Positions 51,961 through 64,000 of a stretch of DNA of 64,000 nt are shown here, piece after piece. The position numbers and the translations under genes are program-made. The stretch is from Lama glama (taxonomy: Eukaryota): NCBI GenBank assembly GCA_028534125.1, contig CM052818.1, forward strand, positions 48,052,001 through 48,116,000. Reading direction: 5' to 3'. Numbering within the stretch: the first letter of the stretch is position 1; each line of letters opens with the position of its first letter. The notes under the pieces are model-generated. The model worked only from the letters and a program-made list of their open reading frames with translations, was not told the DNA's origin and ran no database searches.

Positions 51961-53264
51961 GATCCCAGGCTGGCTCCTTGCCCTTAGACATGATGCTTTA
52001 CTTCTGTTCATGAGTTCCCTAGACTTGTTCCTCATTACCTTGGTAGTTGTTAGTTATTTCTGCTCACCTTGACTTCCAGTTTCAGGATCCTTTTCAAGGG
52101 CTATGCTTTCTGCACCCAGAAAAGGAGACCAGGCAGAAAGAGCCTGTGTTTTCTCGGACTCTGACATGAGCTCAGCCAAGGCTATACGCCTACGGGAACA
52201 ACTACTGACACCCAAGGTATTGTAACAACCACCCATGGTGTCCTGAACCCACCTCCTACTTCCTGGTGTTCTAGCTCTCTGATTCTCCATGGGGGTCCAA
52301 TTCAATGTCTCTTCTCCCAACTCTGGTCAATGAACTTGGTATTTGTATGTAATCTCTTCAACATTGAGCCTTACATTTCCCTGAAACCAGTTGACTTGGC
52401 TGCCATCAGGATTTCATCATCTTTTTCTCTTCCTTTGCTCTTAAACTCACCGTTAAGTCCAGCCCGAGTCTGTGAATCCAGCCTCAGGATGGAACAGGGT
52501 AGCTAGTGGGCCCTTGCCAAAAGTTAGCTCAGACCCTGGCGATGACTGGAGGGCCAGAGGGCAGTGTTTGGGACTGCTCTGGCCCTCACACCCTGCTGGG
52601 ACTGGGCGCTTTAAATTCAAACAGAGACCCTCATCGGCAATTACTGCCGTTTCCCGGTCCATCTGGTTTGAACTGATCCTTTCAATTTTGATTCAGCGGG
52701 GCAGATGAGATCTCAGTGGTTTCAGTATCTCGCGTTGGCAGGGCCGGCCTGACCGGAGGATGGAGCAAACGTTCTCCCATATGGGCTGATTTCGGAGGCG
52801 CTGAAGAGGGCCGCACACTCTCCTCGCCGCACCCCTCACGCGCACATCCTGCGTGAGTTTGTGCTTTCTGACTGCGCCTGAAGCCTCGCCGTCAGACCTG
52901 CAGCGCGTGGGCCTGATGATCAGAGACGATGCATGCCCCCCGGGAAACGCAGCTCTGACTTGCGGTCGGCTCTTCATACCATCTTGAGAATTAAGAACCT
53001 GTGGGCATTTCATTGCCGTTTAGTTACACATTCTCCTTTCTCCATGTGGATTTGATGAAGCTACAATAAAATTCAGTAACATGGTGAAGTAAACACATTT
53101 AAAATATGGAAAATGATCCATGGAAGACCAGCTAATCAAAATAAATATTGGTACCTTAGAAAGAGTTCTCTGTATGCAACGATTTTAGTCTTGTCCCAAG
53201 ATGGATAGGAGAAGGGAATTTAGGCACATCCACCCTAGAACTGACATAATTATTTCCATTTAAC

Positions 53265-53385
53265 AGAAGAACAAATTGAGGTTCTTAGAGCTCCAGTGAG
53301 CTGCCTTAAGCAACTATTTAATACATGACAGAGGATATTGAAATGCAGATCTGTCTGGCTCCCAGATTCTTTCCTAAATACCATG
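53265..53385 (-). mobile_element. MIR SINE fragment
   Basis: 'ccatttaacagaagaacaaattgaggttcttagag...tctgtctggctcc'. Confidence 0.55.
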
Positions 53386-54843
53386 CCACGTGCTTTCAAA
53401 ACACAGTTCTGGACGTCAAATCTGCCCCCTTCACAGTTTTGCCTAAAACCGGCCCTGCATACAGGTGTGTAAAAAGGAGAAAAGGAGGGCTCGCGTTGGC
53501 AGGTACTTCTCATTCATATTCTCAGGAGGAGCTGCTGTCTCCCCTGCAGGGGTACTTCTGGGGAATTAATCTTGCTTCATCAAAAGAAGCAACACGCGAC
53601 TTACGGAGGACCCAGATACATTCCATCCCCACCAGAGCGTGGTTTATAATGCTGCAACACGACTCACATTTACGCTGCGTCTGACTTTTTTTTCTTCCAA
53701 AATGCCTCATTTAAATGCTGACAGATTGGTTGGCATCGTGAATGGCTTTGATATGTAATCATAAAATGGTGACTTGTGAAAATGTGCATAAAACTGCTGT
53801 TACCCAGACTAATTTCATGGGAGCATTTGACTGACAATACGGACTTGTGCAAAAGTGGTGTCTGCTCAGAATCGGTGGGAGCGGGTGGCTTCGAAGGGGT
53901 CTGTTGTTATTTAGATGATATTTAAAACCCTTCTTGCTCGTTGCACTCTAAAAACCGAGAAAGCCGCCCTTGCCAGGGGAGAAACAACCCGCACCCTGGC
54001 CAAGTCCTCCCTTTCAAAGCAGCGTGAGATGATTTTTCTTTTCTTCTCCATCTCCAAATAAAGTTCCATTTTTTTAGCAAGAATCCTACAAATGCTGAAT
54101 TTTGTACCTCTGAGAAGGAAAAGGTTATGGCTGTGTCCCCCTCACCTCCGAACGGCACATTTCTTTTGTTTTGACGTTAAAGGACCGAAATGCATAGGGT
54201 GGTTTGTCACAGGACAGCCGTGGAGTTGGGGGAGGGTGGGGCTTTACTCAAATCTTCTCATTGTCTCCCATGATTCCTGGGAGCTTAAGTCCTTTAGAGA
54301 AGAATTCCCGAGGCAGAGACAGCCACGTGCGACCATTTCAGCGGAAGCTCTTCTTTGTGTCCCGGAGGGCTCTCTCTGACCACGAGGACGGGGCTGGTTT
54401 GCCTGGTGCATCTGTGATCCTGGCTCAGCAGGAACCACGAGCTGGCTCTTGGCTGAGGTGGCATGTGGGTCACTTGCGCTGGGTTCAGGGCTTGCCGCTG
54501 GACTCGAATCTATTTCTTGTTATTAACCAACATCTGCCTTGTCCATTTGCCTTTAGTTACCTGAAAGCAATGGCCCCTTCGTCCAGAGACACCTACATGG
54601 TGAACACACCCCAGCCCTCGCAAACACAAGGCATATGAATGTTCCTTAAAAGTAACCAAAACTAAAATCTGACACTTTTCAGGAAAATGCAGAACTGGCC
54701 CTTGGTAGTCAAGTATTATCAACTGGATCTGATTCTTCTCCAAGAAGCCACTAAAACTTGTGTTCATCACCGTGTCTGTGTGTCTGTGTGTGTTCTGATC
54801 AGTTTCATGTCATTCCCCTTCCTCAGAAAGAATCAAATCATTT

Positions 54844-55224
54844 TGTTAAAAACAAGACAACAAGCCCCAAATGGAGTCATTTTTGCAAAGTCTCACATCA
54901 CCAAACCGTGACTTAATTACAGATTCAGCTCCCCCAGAAATGGGACCTTGAACCAGGCAGTCAGACATCAGCTGGACAGCACTAGTCAGGTATCCTGCCT
55001 GGTGGATCCCTGACATCCCATAAAGGAAAGTAAATCTGCAATAACCAGCCTGCTTTTTTGCCCGGTGCAATTTCCTCATCCCTACACCCTCCTGCCTGCG
55101 AAAGTCTTTCATTTTGCACAGCTCCTCTGAGCGCCTTTCTCTCTGCCGAATTAGAATTGATTCAAATTGATTTCTGCTCAAGCTCTTCAAAATTTTAAAA
55201 TATGCCTCAGTTTATCTTTTAATA
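54844..55224 (+). mobile_element. ERV1-class solo LTR (MER34-like)
   Basis: TGTTAA...TTAATA termini (inverted; terminal CA probably mutated to TA); 4-bp TSD attt at 54840-54843 and 55225-55228; 3' 'atatgcctcagtttatctttt'. Confidence 0.7.
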
Positions 55225-56877
55225 ATTTCAGCCATAGCGATGAAGATGACACTAATTTTTCCCCTTCCTTTTATGTTAGAGGAGCCAGGAAAATGCCAAC
55301 AGCACGTCTCTGAGCTTCAGTATTTGACAGATGAATGCACACATCTCCCCCCTTTGTACAGCATGTCGGGGAGCAAGTTGTGTGGAAGGGTAAGTGTCTT
55401 CACCCAGGGGAGACATCATCGTGCTGTAACTGCCATCTGTCGAGTCCCCACGAGCGCCAGTCTTGGGAGACAGCCACAGGACACGCTACCGGGGTGAAGG
55501 ACACCTTTCCTAGGTATGGACACAGAGGGTCAGCACGGTTCACGAACTCATCCTGCGTCCACAGCGCACAACTGCAGAGTCCGGGCTGAAGACAGTGTTT
55601 CTCGGCTGCGAAGCCAAAGCTTGGCATTAATTGCTTCTCAAGGATCCCGCAGGGTGTCTGTGAACCCGAATCTTAGCACTCCATCAGTGAGCCAACACCT
55701 GGCCGCTCCGCCTCAGAGTGGCATGGACTCTTGGTACCTCCTTGACTCTAACATCTTGATCAAACAAGAGACTTAATTCGAGTCTGAGGCCATTCACTAA
55801 AGGAGTGAGTTTGATTCTGCACTAAATGCCTCACCATCCCCATTTGGGTTCCGTGCTCCACATGGATTCGCAGAATTGCAGGGATGGAGAGGTGGCCAAA
55901 TTGGGTAAGCGAGACCCAGCTCGTGGTGCTTGAATTACTGCTCTGTGGCCTTGACGTTTATAAACACCGGTGCCTCTTCGCAATAGGCTTCTTTGGTGCC
56001 ACAGTTAGAACTAACCTTCCCCGGGCTATAGACGACTACTCGGCTTTATCAGTCTTCCTCAGAAGGTACTAAGGAGACAACAGTAGCCTTTTCTCCCCTT
56101 GTCCAGAGACAGCTCTACATAGAATCCAATAGAAGTAAATCAATCATGAGTGAAAAAAGTCATGAAAAAATGAGATCTGAAATGTCGGGTTATTTTACCA
56201 ATATAGAAAAAAAATCATCCTTTGCAATATTGATTTGACAGTATGTATTATATGCATAGTTTGATAAAAAATAGAAAATATTTAAATGCCAAATATATAT
56301 TAATTTGAAAGATTCTTTTCAGACTTTTCCCCAGCAGAGTGAAAAGGCAAGAACATGGATATTTGATTAAAACTTACTGGGCTTCAAAGTGTGGCTCTAG
56401 CAAAACTTAGTGATGTAACTCCAGGACAGGGACATAGCCTGTTCCAGACTCACTGCATCTAACTGGAAAAGGAGCAGATGGTGACCAAAGGTAGCATCTT
56501 CCCTGATCACTGCTCACCTCTCCTCCCCACCGCTTGGACAGCATGTACATTTCCATTTCATAACATTGATCCCAGGATATTATTATTGGAATTGTTGAGT
56601 TTGGCGGGTACAGAGTTCTCAAGCGTCTACAGCTGAATTTAATTTGCATGCCAATAGACATTTTACCTGATTGCCTAGAACTTAATTAGCATAAAGTCAC
56701 ATAATTTCAGTCTCAGTCAGGTTTACATTTTCTACCTCTCCTCCATGTCCTCTGATTTGCAGCAAAAACTTTGGCTTGGGTGGTGGGGCAGAGAGCTGAT
56801 GGGGAGGGATGTGACCAGGTTCCGCTGGAGCAGACAACGGGCGTCCATGATTCACACAGCAAGAGCACATCTGGTGT

Positions 56878-58015
56878 TGGGACCTAATTAAACTTACAAG
56901 CTTCTGCACAGCAAAGGAAACCATAAGTAAAGTAAAATGACAACCTATGGAATAAGAGGGAATTTTTGCAAATGAAACTGACAAAGGCTTGATCTCCAGA
57001 ATATATAAGCAGCTTATACGACTTGATAAGAAAAAAACACACAACCACTTCCAAAAATGGGCAGAAGACCTAAACAAGCAATTCTCCAAGGAAAAATACA
57101 AATGATCAATAGGCACATGATAAAATGCTCTATAGCACTAATTATCAGAGAAATGCAAATCAAAAATAGAATGAGGTATCACCTCACACCAGTCAGAATG
57201 GCCATCATTCAAAAGTCCACAAATGACAAATGCTGGAGAGGCTGTGGAGAAAGGGGAACCCTCCTTCACTGCTGGTGGGAATGCAGTTTGGTGCAGCCAC
57301 TGTGGAAAACAGTATGGAGATTCCTCAGAAGACTAGGAATAGACTTACCATATGACCCAGCAATCCCACTCCTGGGCATATATCTAGAAGGAACCCTACT
57401 TTAAAAAGACACCTGCACCCTAATGTTCATAGCAGCACTATTTACAATAGCTAAGACATGGAAACGGCCTAAATGTCCATCAACAGATGACTGGATAAAG
57501 AAGGGGTGGTATATTTATACAATGGAATACTACTCAGCCATAAAAACTGACAACATAACACCATTTGCAGCAACATGTATGTCCCTGGAGAATGTCATTC
57601 TAAGTGAAGCCAGAAAGAGAAAGAAAAATACCATATGAGATCGCTCATAGGTGGAATCTGAAAAAGAAAAAAGAAAAGAATATAAATACAAAACAGAAAC
57701 AGACTCACAGACATAGAATACAAATTTGTGGTTGCCAAGGGGGAGAGGGGGTGGGAAGGGACAGACTGGGATTTCAAAATGTAGAACAGATAAACAAGAT
57801 TGTACTGTACAGCATAGGGAAATATATACAAGATCTTGTGGTAGCTCACAGAGAATAAAATGTGACAATGAATATATGTATGTTCATGTATAACTGAAAA
57901 ATTGTGCTCTACACTGGAATTTGACACAACATTGTAAAATGACTATAACTCGATAAAAAAGTTAAAAAATAAAAAGTAAAACAAGATTTAAAAAAGTAAA
58001 AAAAAATTAAAAAAG
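56878..58015 (+). mobile_element. Young 5'-truncated L1: ORF2 C-terminus, 3'UTR and A-rich tail
   Basis: Translates to MRYHLTPVRMAIIQK...[18 protein letters not shown] (CCHC knuckle)...[13 protein letters not shown]...MFIAALFTIAKTW...YTMEYYSAIK; 15-bp TSD gagcacatYtggtgt at 56863-56877 and 58016-58030. Confidence 0.97.
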
Positions 58016-58999
58016 GAGCACATTTGGTGTGATGTGTGTGAGAAATGTTACAGAATTGACTGCAAAATGAACAGAGTGTGTGAAAGTGCAAAGTGTGTGG
58101 TAAACAGGTATGGGAAGGTGCATATTGGAGTTGAATTTTGGTGAGCAACACAGTGTCTAGAAATGTGACCACATAGACTTAAAATTAAAGAAAATTCCAT
58201 TTTTGAGACAATGACAGTACCATGGAGTGAAACACAGTGTGGTCCTCATGGTCTGACCCTGGATCTTAATAATTGTAACCTTGTAAGTATCCAGTATGTG
58301 AACTTAGTGCAATCCACAGAAAATGATTCATCCTCTATCTGCTGGATAATAAAAGATGGAATTGACTTTGAAGTGGCGAATCTTGTTATAAATTGAATGC
58401 TTCTGATCAAGTCACTTTTGGTCATTTACAATTCACTTGGAATGTATTCTATTGCAAGTTCCTGTAAGATGCTGAGACCTGGGTGATCGCCATAACCTCA
58501 AGAAAAAATGACACACTGCAGAAAGTTGGAGATTTAGCAATTTTCCTCACTGTTCCACAATCACGGACACATCATAGAGAGGAAGGCAGCAAATCACAGA
58601 CCGGTCCATTTCTCCTCTTGGCTCTTCTGTCAGGTTGGCATTTTGGAAAACATCAGTTTTCGAGGGAAGCCCTTCAAGAACTCATTCTGTTCCAAAGATG
58701 CTTCCCCAGATGATAGTCATTCAATGCATTCCTGAAGCAAAATGTGACAGCAGGTACGAACAGAGAAGGGAAAAGCAAAGGCTGAAAGACCGGACTGTTT
58801 AGGAAAACCCTATCTGTTGAAAAGGACCATTAGAATCAGATCTGCTCTTCCACTGCCCCACCAAACCCAATCATATTTGCAAATTTGTATTTCCCTTTTA
58901 AATCAGTGTCAGTAATAATAAATGCAAAGTGTACAAAATTCCTGTGTAATTGGAAAATTACGTTGCATCTACAGGATACTTTATATCCTTTTCACTGGT

Positions 59000-59440
59000 T
59001 AACTTTTCTATAAAATAAGCCACCTAAAACTAAGGGGCTTAAAAGCACATCCTGTAATGTTATTATCAGTTCTGATTTGATGGGCTGGCTGGAGGGTGGC
59101 TGAACTAAAAGGGACATAGCAGGTAACTCTGCAGAGGCAGTTCGTCTCCAATTGTTTTTAATCATTCTTCTGAGATGCACAGAGTAGCCCAGGTGTGTTT
59201 ATCTTCTCACAGCGATGGCAGAAGTGTGAGGGAGCAAGTGGAAACACACGAGGCTTCTTAAAGTCTCCGCCTGGAACTGACACACCGTCACTTCCTCCAT
59301 ATTCTCTTGATCAAAGCAAAGCCAAGCCCCAAGTAAAGGGTGGGGAAAGTATCCTGCTTCCACGGGAGGGAGGAGCTCCGAGTCTCACACCCAAGGGCAC
59401 AGGTACAGGAACGGGTGAGAAGTTAAATTAGTGTCAGTAA
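59000..59440 (-). mobile_element. MLT1-family LTR remnant
   Basis: 'aagccacctaaaactaaggggcttaaaa...ggaactgacacaccgtcacttcctccatattc...tcaaagcaa'. Confidence 0.7.
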
Positions 59441-60174
59441 TGAGATCTGGAATATACCAAAATGGTACATGGTCATCAAAAAAGAACACTAGCAATAAGC
59501 AGATCTTCTAACTGAAGAAATGTGTCCTCACACTTTGGGAAACCACATCACGCTAAGCTTAGAAAACCACAGAAACAGGCCTGTGTGGCAGTAGAAATAG
59601 TCTGAGAGTCTCTGACACAAATGCAGAGAGTTTTGAAGGAAAGGAAAACAAAAACCAACCAAACAAAAACAGCAGCGTCGCGGTACTTGTGACTGACGGC
59701 GCCAGGGAAAGCTCCCACATGTATTTTGTGGCATAGCCAGTGGGGCAATGGTCAGGTCTGAGGCCATCTGGAAGCAGGGCTGCTGGGAGAGGAAATTCAC
59801 CATTAGTGACATCAGGGATCAAAAAACCTTGTGGTCTTCCCTGCACGTGAGGTTAGCATCGCAGGAAGAATAGACAAGCTCACGTGGAGCTCTCAGGCAG
59901 GCAGACGGCTTCAGGAGAGCTGGCTCTTTACATTTATTTAGCACCTGCAATATACCAGCTGGTTTCTATGTAATATCTGACGCCCCTAAAAAATGCTTTG
60001 AGGTGAGCATTTTTATTCCATCTTGGAAATAATGTAGCAGGAACCCACTGAAGGGCTAAGTAACTTAGATCCACGAACGTATGAGGCTGTAAGCAAAGGC
60101 AGATTCGTATCAATTTGATTCTAAATCTTACGGCTGGATTCAGCGTCAGAGCCCTAGGCACAGAACAGGAATAG

Positions 60175-60380
60175 GTATTGCTCTGGTCTGAAGTTTGCAC
60201 GTCCCCCAAATTCCTGTGTTGGCAACCTAATCCCCAGTGTGGTGGTGTTAGGAGGTGGGACCTTTGGGAAGTGATTATGTCATGAGGGTGGAGCCCTTAT
60301 GAACAGGACCACTGCTCTTATAAAAGAGACCCTACAGAACACCCTTACACCTTCACTGTGTGAGGACACAGAGAGGTGAC
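60175..60380 (+). mobile_element. MLT1A/MST-type LTR 5' part
   Basis: 'gtcccccaaattc...cctaatccccagtgtggtggtgttaggaggtggg...gagggtggagccc...ataaaagagaccc'. Confidence 0.88.
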
Positions 60381-60399
60381 CCAGGGGGACCCTTTTACA

Positions 60400-61110
60400 T
60401 TCGCAATCATGTCTTCTGTTGCAATACTGAAATATACATATATCTGCAACACTGTTTTTTGCTCTTGTTTGCTAATTTCATTGTATTTTGCCCATAACAC
60501 TTTGCTTTGTGATATATATTTTTTTAATTTATAAAGGCTCTCTCATGGTTTGAAATTTGATTATTTAAATAATTTAATTTCTCCTTGTATTTTTCTCACT
60601 GATGAATTTGTGAGAAGCATCTATTAAAATTCTTAAATAAAAAATGCAGATGTATTTATTTCTCTATCAATTTCTTTATAAAGTATAAGTCTGTATTGTT
60701 AGAGGCATGTAAGTTCTTGACAGCTATAATGTCTTTATCTATTTACCAATACAAAACACTCCTCTTTGTCACTGACGTATTTTATGTTTTGCTAAAACAA
60801 GGGTTAAATAAGACCCAGATTCTCATAGTGTGATGCCTAAATGGTACAAGTTCCGTTGGAAATCATGGGTCAAGATCTCAGACCAAATGAGAAAAAGACA
60901 ATGAATGAATACATGTGGGAGAAAAGGTAGAAATAATGTCAGGATTATCTGACCAAGATTTTAAAGCAGCCATTGTTGAAACACTTCAATCACCAAGCAC
61001 AAACTTACTGCTCAAAAAAGGAATAAATACAATCTCAGTAAGAAATAGAAAGTCTCAGGAAAGAAAAATGAAGGTGTCAAGAAGAACCAGATGGAAGTCC
61101 AGAAAATTTT
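60400..61110. mobile_element. Old L1 fragments (mixed orientation)
   Basis: T-rich then A-rich L1-like segments, e.g. 'ggattatctgaccaagattttaaagcagccatt'. Confidence 0.45.
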
Positions 61111-61692
61111 AATCGTTCACTTTTCAAGACAATTCACTGAAATATTTTAAAATAAAAACCTGTATGTTTGGCAGTTTGCAATGAAGAGTCTGAGAAAGGG
61201 TAAAGGGCTTTTTACTACTATTTTAAGAATTTAAACCCCTCTTCTTTCATTTGCAGAGTTTCTCCCCCGTCTTGTTATAGCTTGCTAAGCATCTAAACAT
61301 ACATTAAAGTGGATGCAGAGTTTTGGTTTCTAAAAGATGGACATTAGCAAAGATGTCAGTACTCCATTCTCTAAACAAGCCTTCCAAATCCTTCTAAATT
61401 AACCTCAGAGAAGCTAAAAGGCGCAGAGAGGAGGAAGAGGCTTCCACCTGGATGCCTGTGGAGACATTACCCTCTGACTACAGAGTTTAGTAACAAGACC
61501 AGAGAAGGGACTGGGGACGGAGGGGTCTTTTATCCACGGCTTACCTTTTGCCCCTGAAAGGAGAAGTCAGCAGCAATAATTCACATTGGAGCCTTCCTCT
61601 CCTGCTTTCTTTTTCTCTCTCTTTCTTTCCCCCTGTTTTTTTTTTTCCCTAATTTTTCCTCTGGGATAATGCTGCAACCTCACTGATACATT

Positions 61693-61783
61693 CAGAATGT
61701 TTTCAACTTCAGCTGTCTAGTTTGGGCAGACAGAATTCTGCAATCCCCCCACTTCCCTGCTCTAGAAAAGTTGAAAAACCACT
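61693..61783. mobile_element. Possible ~90-bp hAT MITE
   Basis: Perfect 10-bp inverted repeat ttttcaactt / aagttgaaaa near both ends. Confidence 0.35.
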
Positions 61784-62389
61784 TCTTTCAACTAATCTCC
61801 TGACTGCCTGGTAAAGCTTTATTATTTTCCTGGTTTCCTGGTCTGCGTCAGCTACCACTCTGCTAATAACGCAATGCCTTTTCCTCCAGAATTCTTCTCA
61901 TTAAATGAGCTCCGTGTTTTGCCCTGTAATATCCCTGTAAGATTGAAGAGGCAGGTAGCTAACCTGTCCATTTATATTCAATCAAAACTCCCATAAATCT
62001 TGCTTTCCATGTTCAAATGACGCTTTGTTGACTGCTCAAGGTATTTCTGGGAGCATTTGTGCTAGGCATTGAAAGTACAAAGTAAGCCAGATGGACCAGA
62101 GTTTTGCCCAAGTGGACTTACAGCCCAGCTGCGGAGACGGACGGGCAGCAGTTCACGCAAACTGCACGGCGGGGTCTGAGGGAGACTGCCCTGGAGGGAG
62201 AAGGAAGCGTGTGGGATTTTGTACACACCCCGCCCTCCTGGTGCTTTTCTCTCTATCCACTTGTTTATCCTTAAATATTATCAGATGCTTCGTTTTCCCC
62301 TTGCACCTTGTTTTCCTTTTCTTTCCAAACCATGTTAATATTTTTAGGCTCAGAATTTACAATTGAAAGGAACTGGAGGAATCATAAGG

Positions 62390-62480
62390 TCGGATTTTTC
62401 CCATTTGAGGGTGACGGAGGGACCAAAGAGTGAAGCGACTTGCTTGAAGTCCCCCAGCTCAGCAAGGGCAGCCTGGTCCG
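62390..62480 (-). mobile_element. MIR SINE fragment
   Basis: 'cccattt...gagtgaagcgacttgcttgaagtcccccagct'. Confidence 0.5.
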
Positions 62481-62729
62481 AGTTCCTCCAGTCCCCTGAC
62501 TCCTGCCACTGTCCTCGGAGCACTGCTGATGTGTGATCCGGCTTAACTGTTTATTTACTTGAGTCCTGTCAGTACTGCCCAGTATTGTTCGTTGTCCATC
62601 ATGTGTGCATCCCTCGGTTGTATCAGAAGTGTCTTGAACCCAAGGCCACTCATTTTTCCTTCTCCGCAATGTCCCAGTCCGCAGGAGCACCTCTTACCCT
62701 CTCTGGGCCCTTTCCAGCTCTCAGAAAGA

Positions 62730-62910
62730 TTTGGGTCTGCTTCCAAGCTTAGTTCTTACTTGGACAAATTAATTACCCTTTCAAGTCCCAGTTTCCTCCT
62801 CTGTACAAGAGAGATAATGAGAGAACTTGTTTATTTATTTGCAAATGAGATCATACGTGTAAAGTTCAAGGTTCAGTGGTTGACATTCTATGAGTGGTCA
62901 ATGAGTGGCA
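62730..62910 (+). mobile_element. MIR SINE
   Basis: 'cttggacaaattaattaccc...cccagtttcctcctctgtacaagagagataat...aaatgagatcatacgtgtaaag'. Confidence 0.75.
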
Positions 62911-64000
62911 GTGGATTCTGGGGCTGACTTTTAATTACTTCCTTTATTCATTCAACTCCTTTTGAAAGGAATGCCCTCCAGTCTCGCATGGCGTCTTATG
63001 ATTAAAACCTGATTTAAGCTTCTACCCAATCCTCCTGGTTGCAATTAATGATAACTTTCTTACCACTCACACCCCATTTTTCTTGAACTTGTATTAATTC
63101 ATAGAGTTTATTCTGCTTTATCTAGGTCATCCTCCTAGGCTGAATTGTAAGGCATTCGAGGTCAGAATGTGTATATTATGCATCTCAGTGTCACCTTGGC
63201 ATCTACCTAATATAAGTACAAAACACACAGGATAAGTGCTGAGTAAATGCTTCCGTCATAACAACACATGGTGATTCGTTCATTACGTCAGCCATGAGAC
63301 ACGCATTGAACACTTACATTGTTCCGCTTTCTGTATGGCTGCTTAGCACAGAATTACGAACATAAAAGGATCCTGATTAATTTTTTTAAATAAATCAATG
63401 GTGGAATTAATAAGAAAGCCCAGCTGAGTAGCCTCAATTTGGCAGCTAAATATTACGCTCAGATCTTGGTCTGAAAAGTCATGGTGATTCAAGACCCTGA
63501 AGGCACCTGGATTTGACTTCCGGCCTCCGCAGTCGGCAGGGCTGCCATGACCAAAGGGCAGGAAAGGGTCTCCACACCTCTCTGGAGTGAGATGTGAAAT
63601 GCCCGTGGAAGATGAAGGCCTTTCACAGGTCGTTTAAGTCCTTGCGAAGATCGGGGGAGGGAAGCTGGTCACTGCCCTCGCGATGACGCATGATGATATA
63701 GCTCCGCCTAACCGCTGCAGAGAAGCCCATGGTCCGTGCAAGTCTATTTGGAACTTTTTATGAACGTTAAATCGGCCACCCTCTATAAATACTAAATCCT
63801 CCTGGCTGGAGAAGAGCCATAAATCTCCAAAACAAAGCAGGGAAATAGAAGAGAAAGAGAAAGAACCCTTCTTTTAATGTCTTAAAACACCTTCTTGTAT
63901 TTCACCTCTGCGGTCTGTTTCTGTTTTTGAGTTCATCTTTGGTTATAGACCCACGAGGTATTGGTTTCATAGCTTTTGCTAAGGCTCTGCGTCCACCGCT

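Noticed and set aside
57057..57638. ORFs with real protein homology
   Set aside because: They are L1 ORF2 fragments with a stop and a frameshift inside a 5'-truncated retroposon, not a host gene.
63680..63800. TGACGCA, CACCC and TATAAAT as a possible promoter
   Set aside because: Isolated short motifs at the window edge with no supporting exon structure.
1..64000. CRISPR arrays, tRNA genes, NUMTs, processed protein-coding pseudogenes, operon-like systems
   Set aside because: None seen by eye; the sequence is mammalian repeat-rich non-coding DNA. Highly diverged copies could have been missed without a search.

Overview
Mammalian genomic DNA, non-coding (intergenic or deep intronic). It is inferred to be a cetartiodactyl, most likely a camelid: it carries cetartiodactyl-type L1 3' ends, and I see no Alu, B1/B2, Bov-A/BovB, PRE1, CHR or Can-SINEs. 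I recognise no host protein-coding exon. The only ORFs with real homology are decayed L1 ORF2 C-terminal fragments (3.4-3.9 kb and 56.9-57.6 kb); the rest of the ORF track looks like chance. Much of the window is interspersed repeat: young and old L1, L2, MIR, MLT1/MST and MLT2 LTRs, an ERV1-type solo LTR, and hAT fossils (Charlie1-, Arthur1- and MER5-like). Repeat family names come from memory of consensus sequences and the boundaries are approximate. Best observations: (1) patches of one-directional AT->GC substitution visible by aligning repeat copies within the window, consistent with GC-biased gene conversion; (2) a tailless, 3'-truncated 5S rRNA retropseudogene with a 15-bp TSD nested in an MLT2 LTR; (3) a 146-bp L1 insertion with a 5' inversion; (4) a tail-to-tail L2 hairpin with miR-95-like architecture; (5) a CpG-rich, TATA-containing candidate promoter followed by good splice sites at 5.0-6.25 kb. 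I found no convincing new protein-based system.
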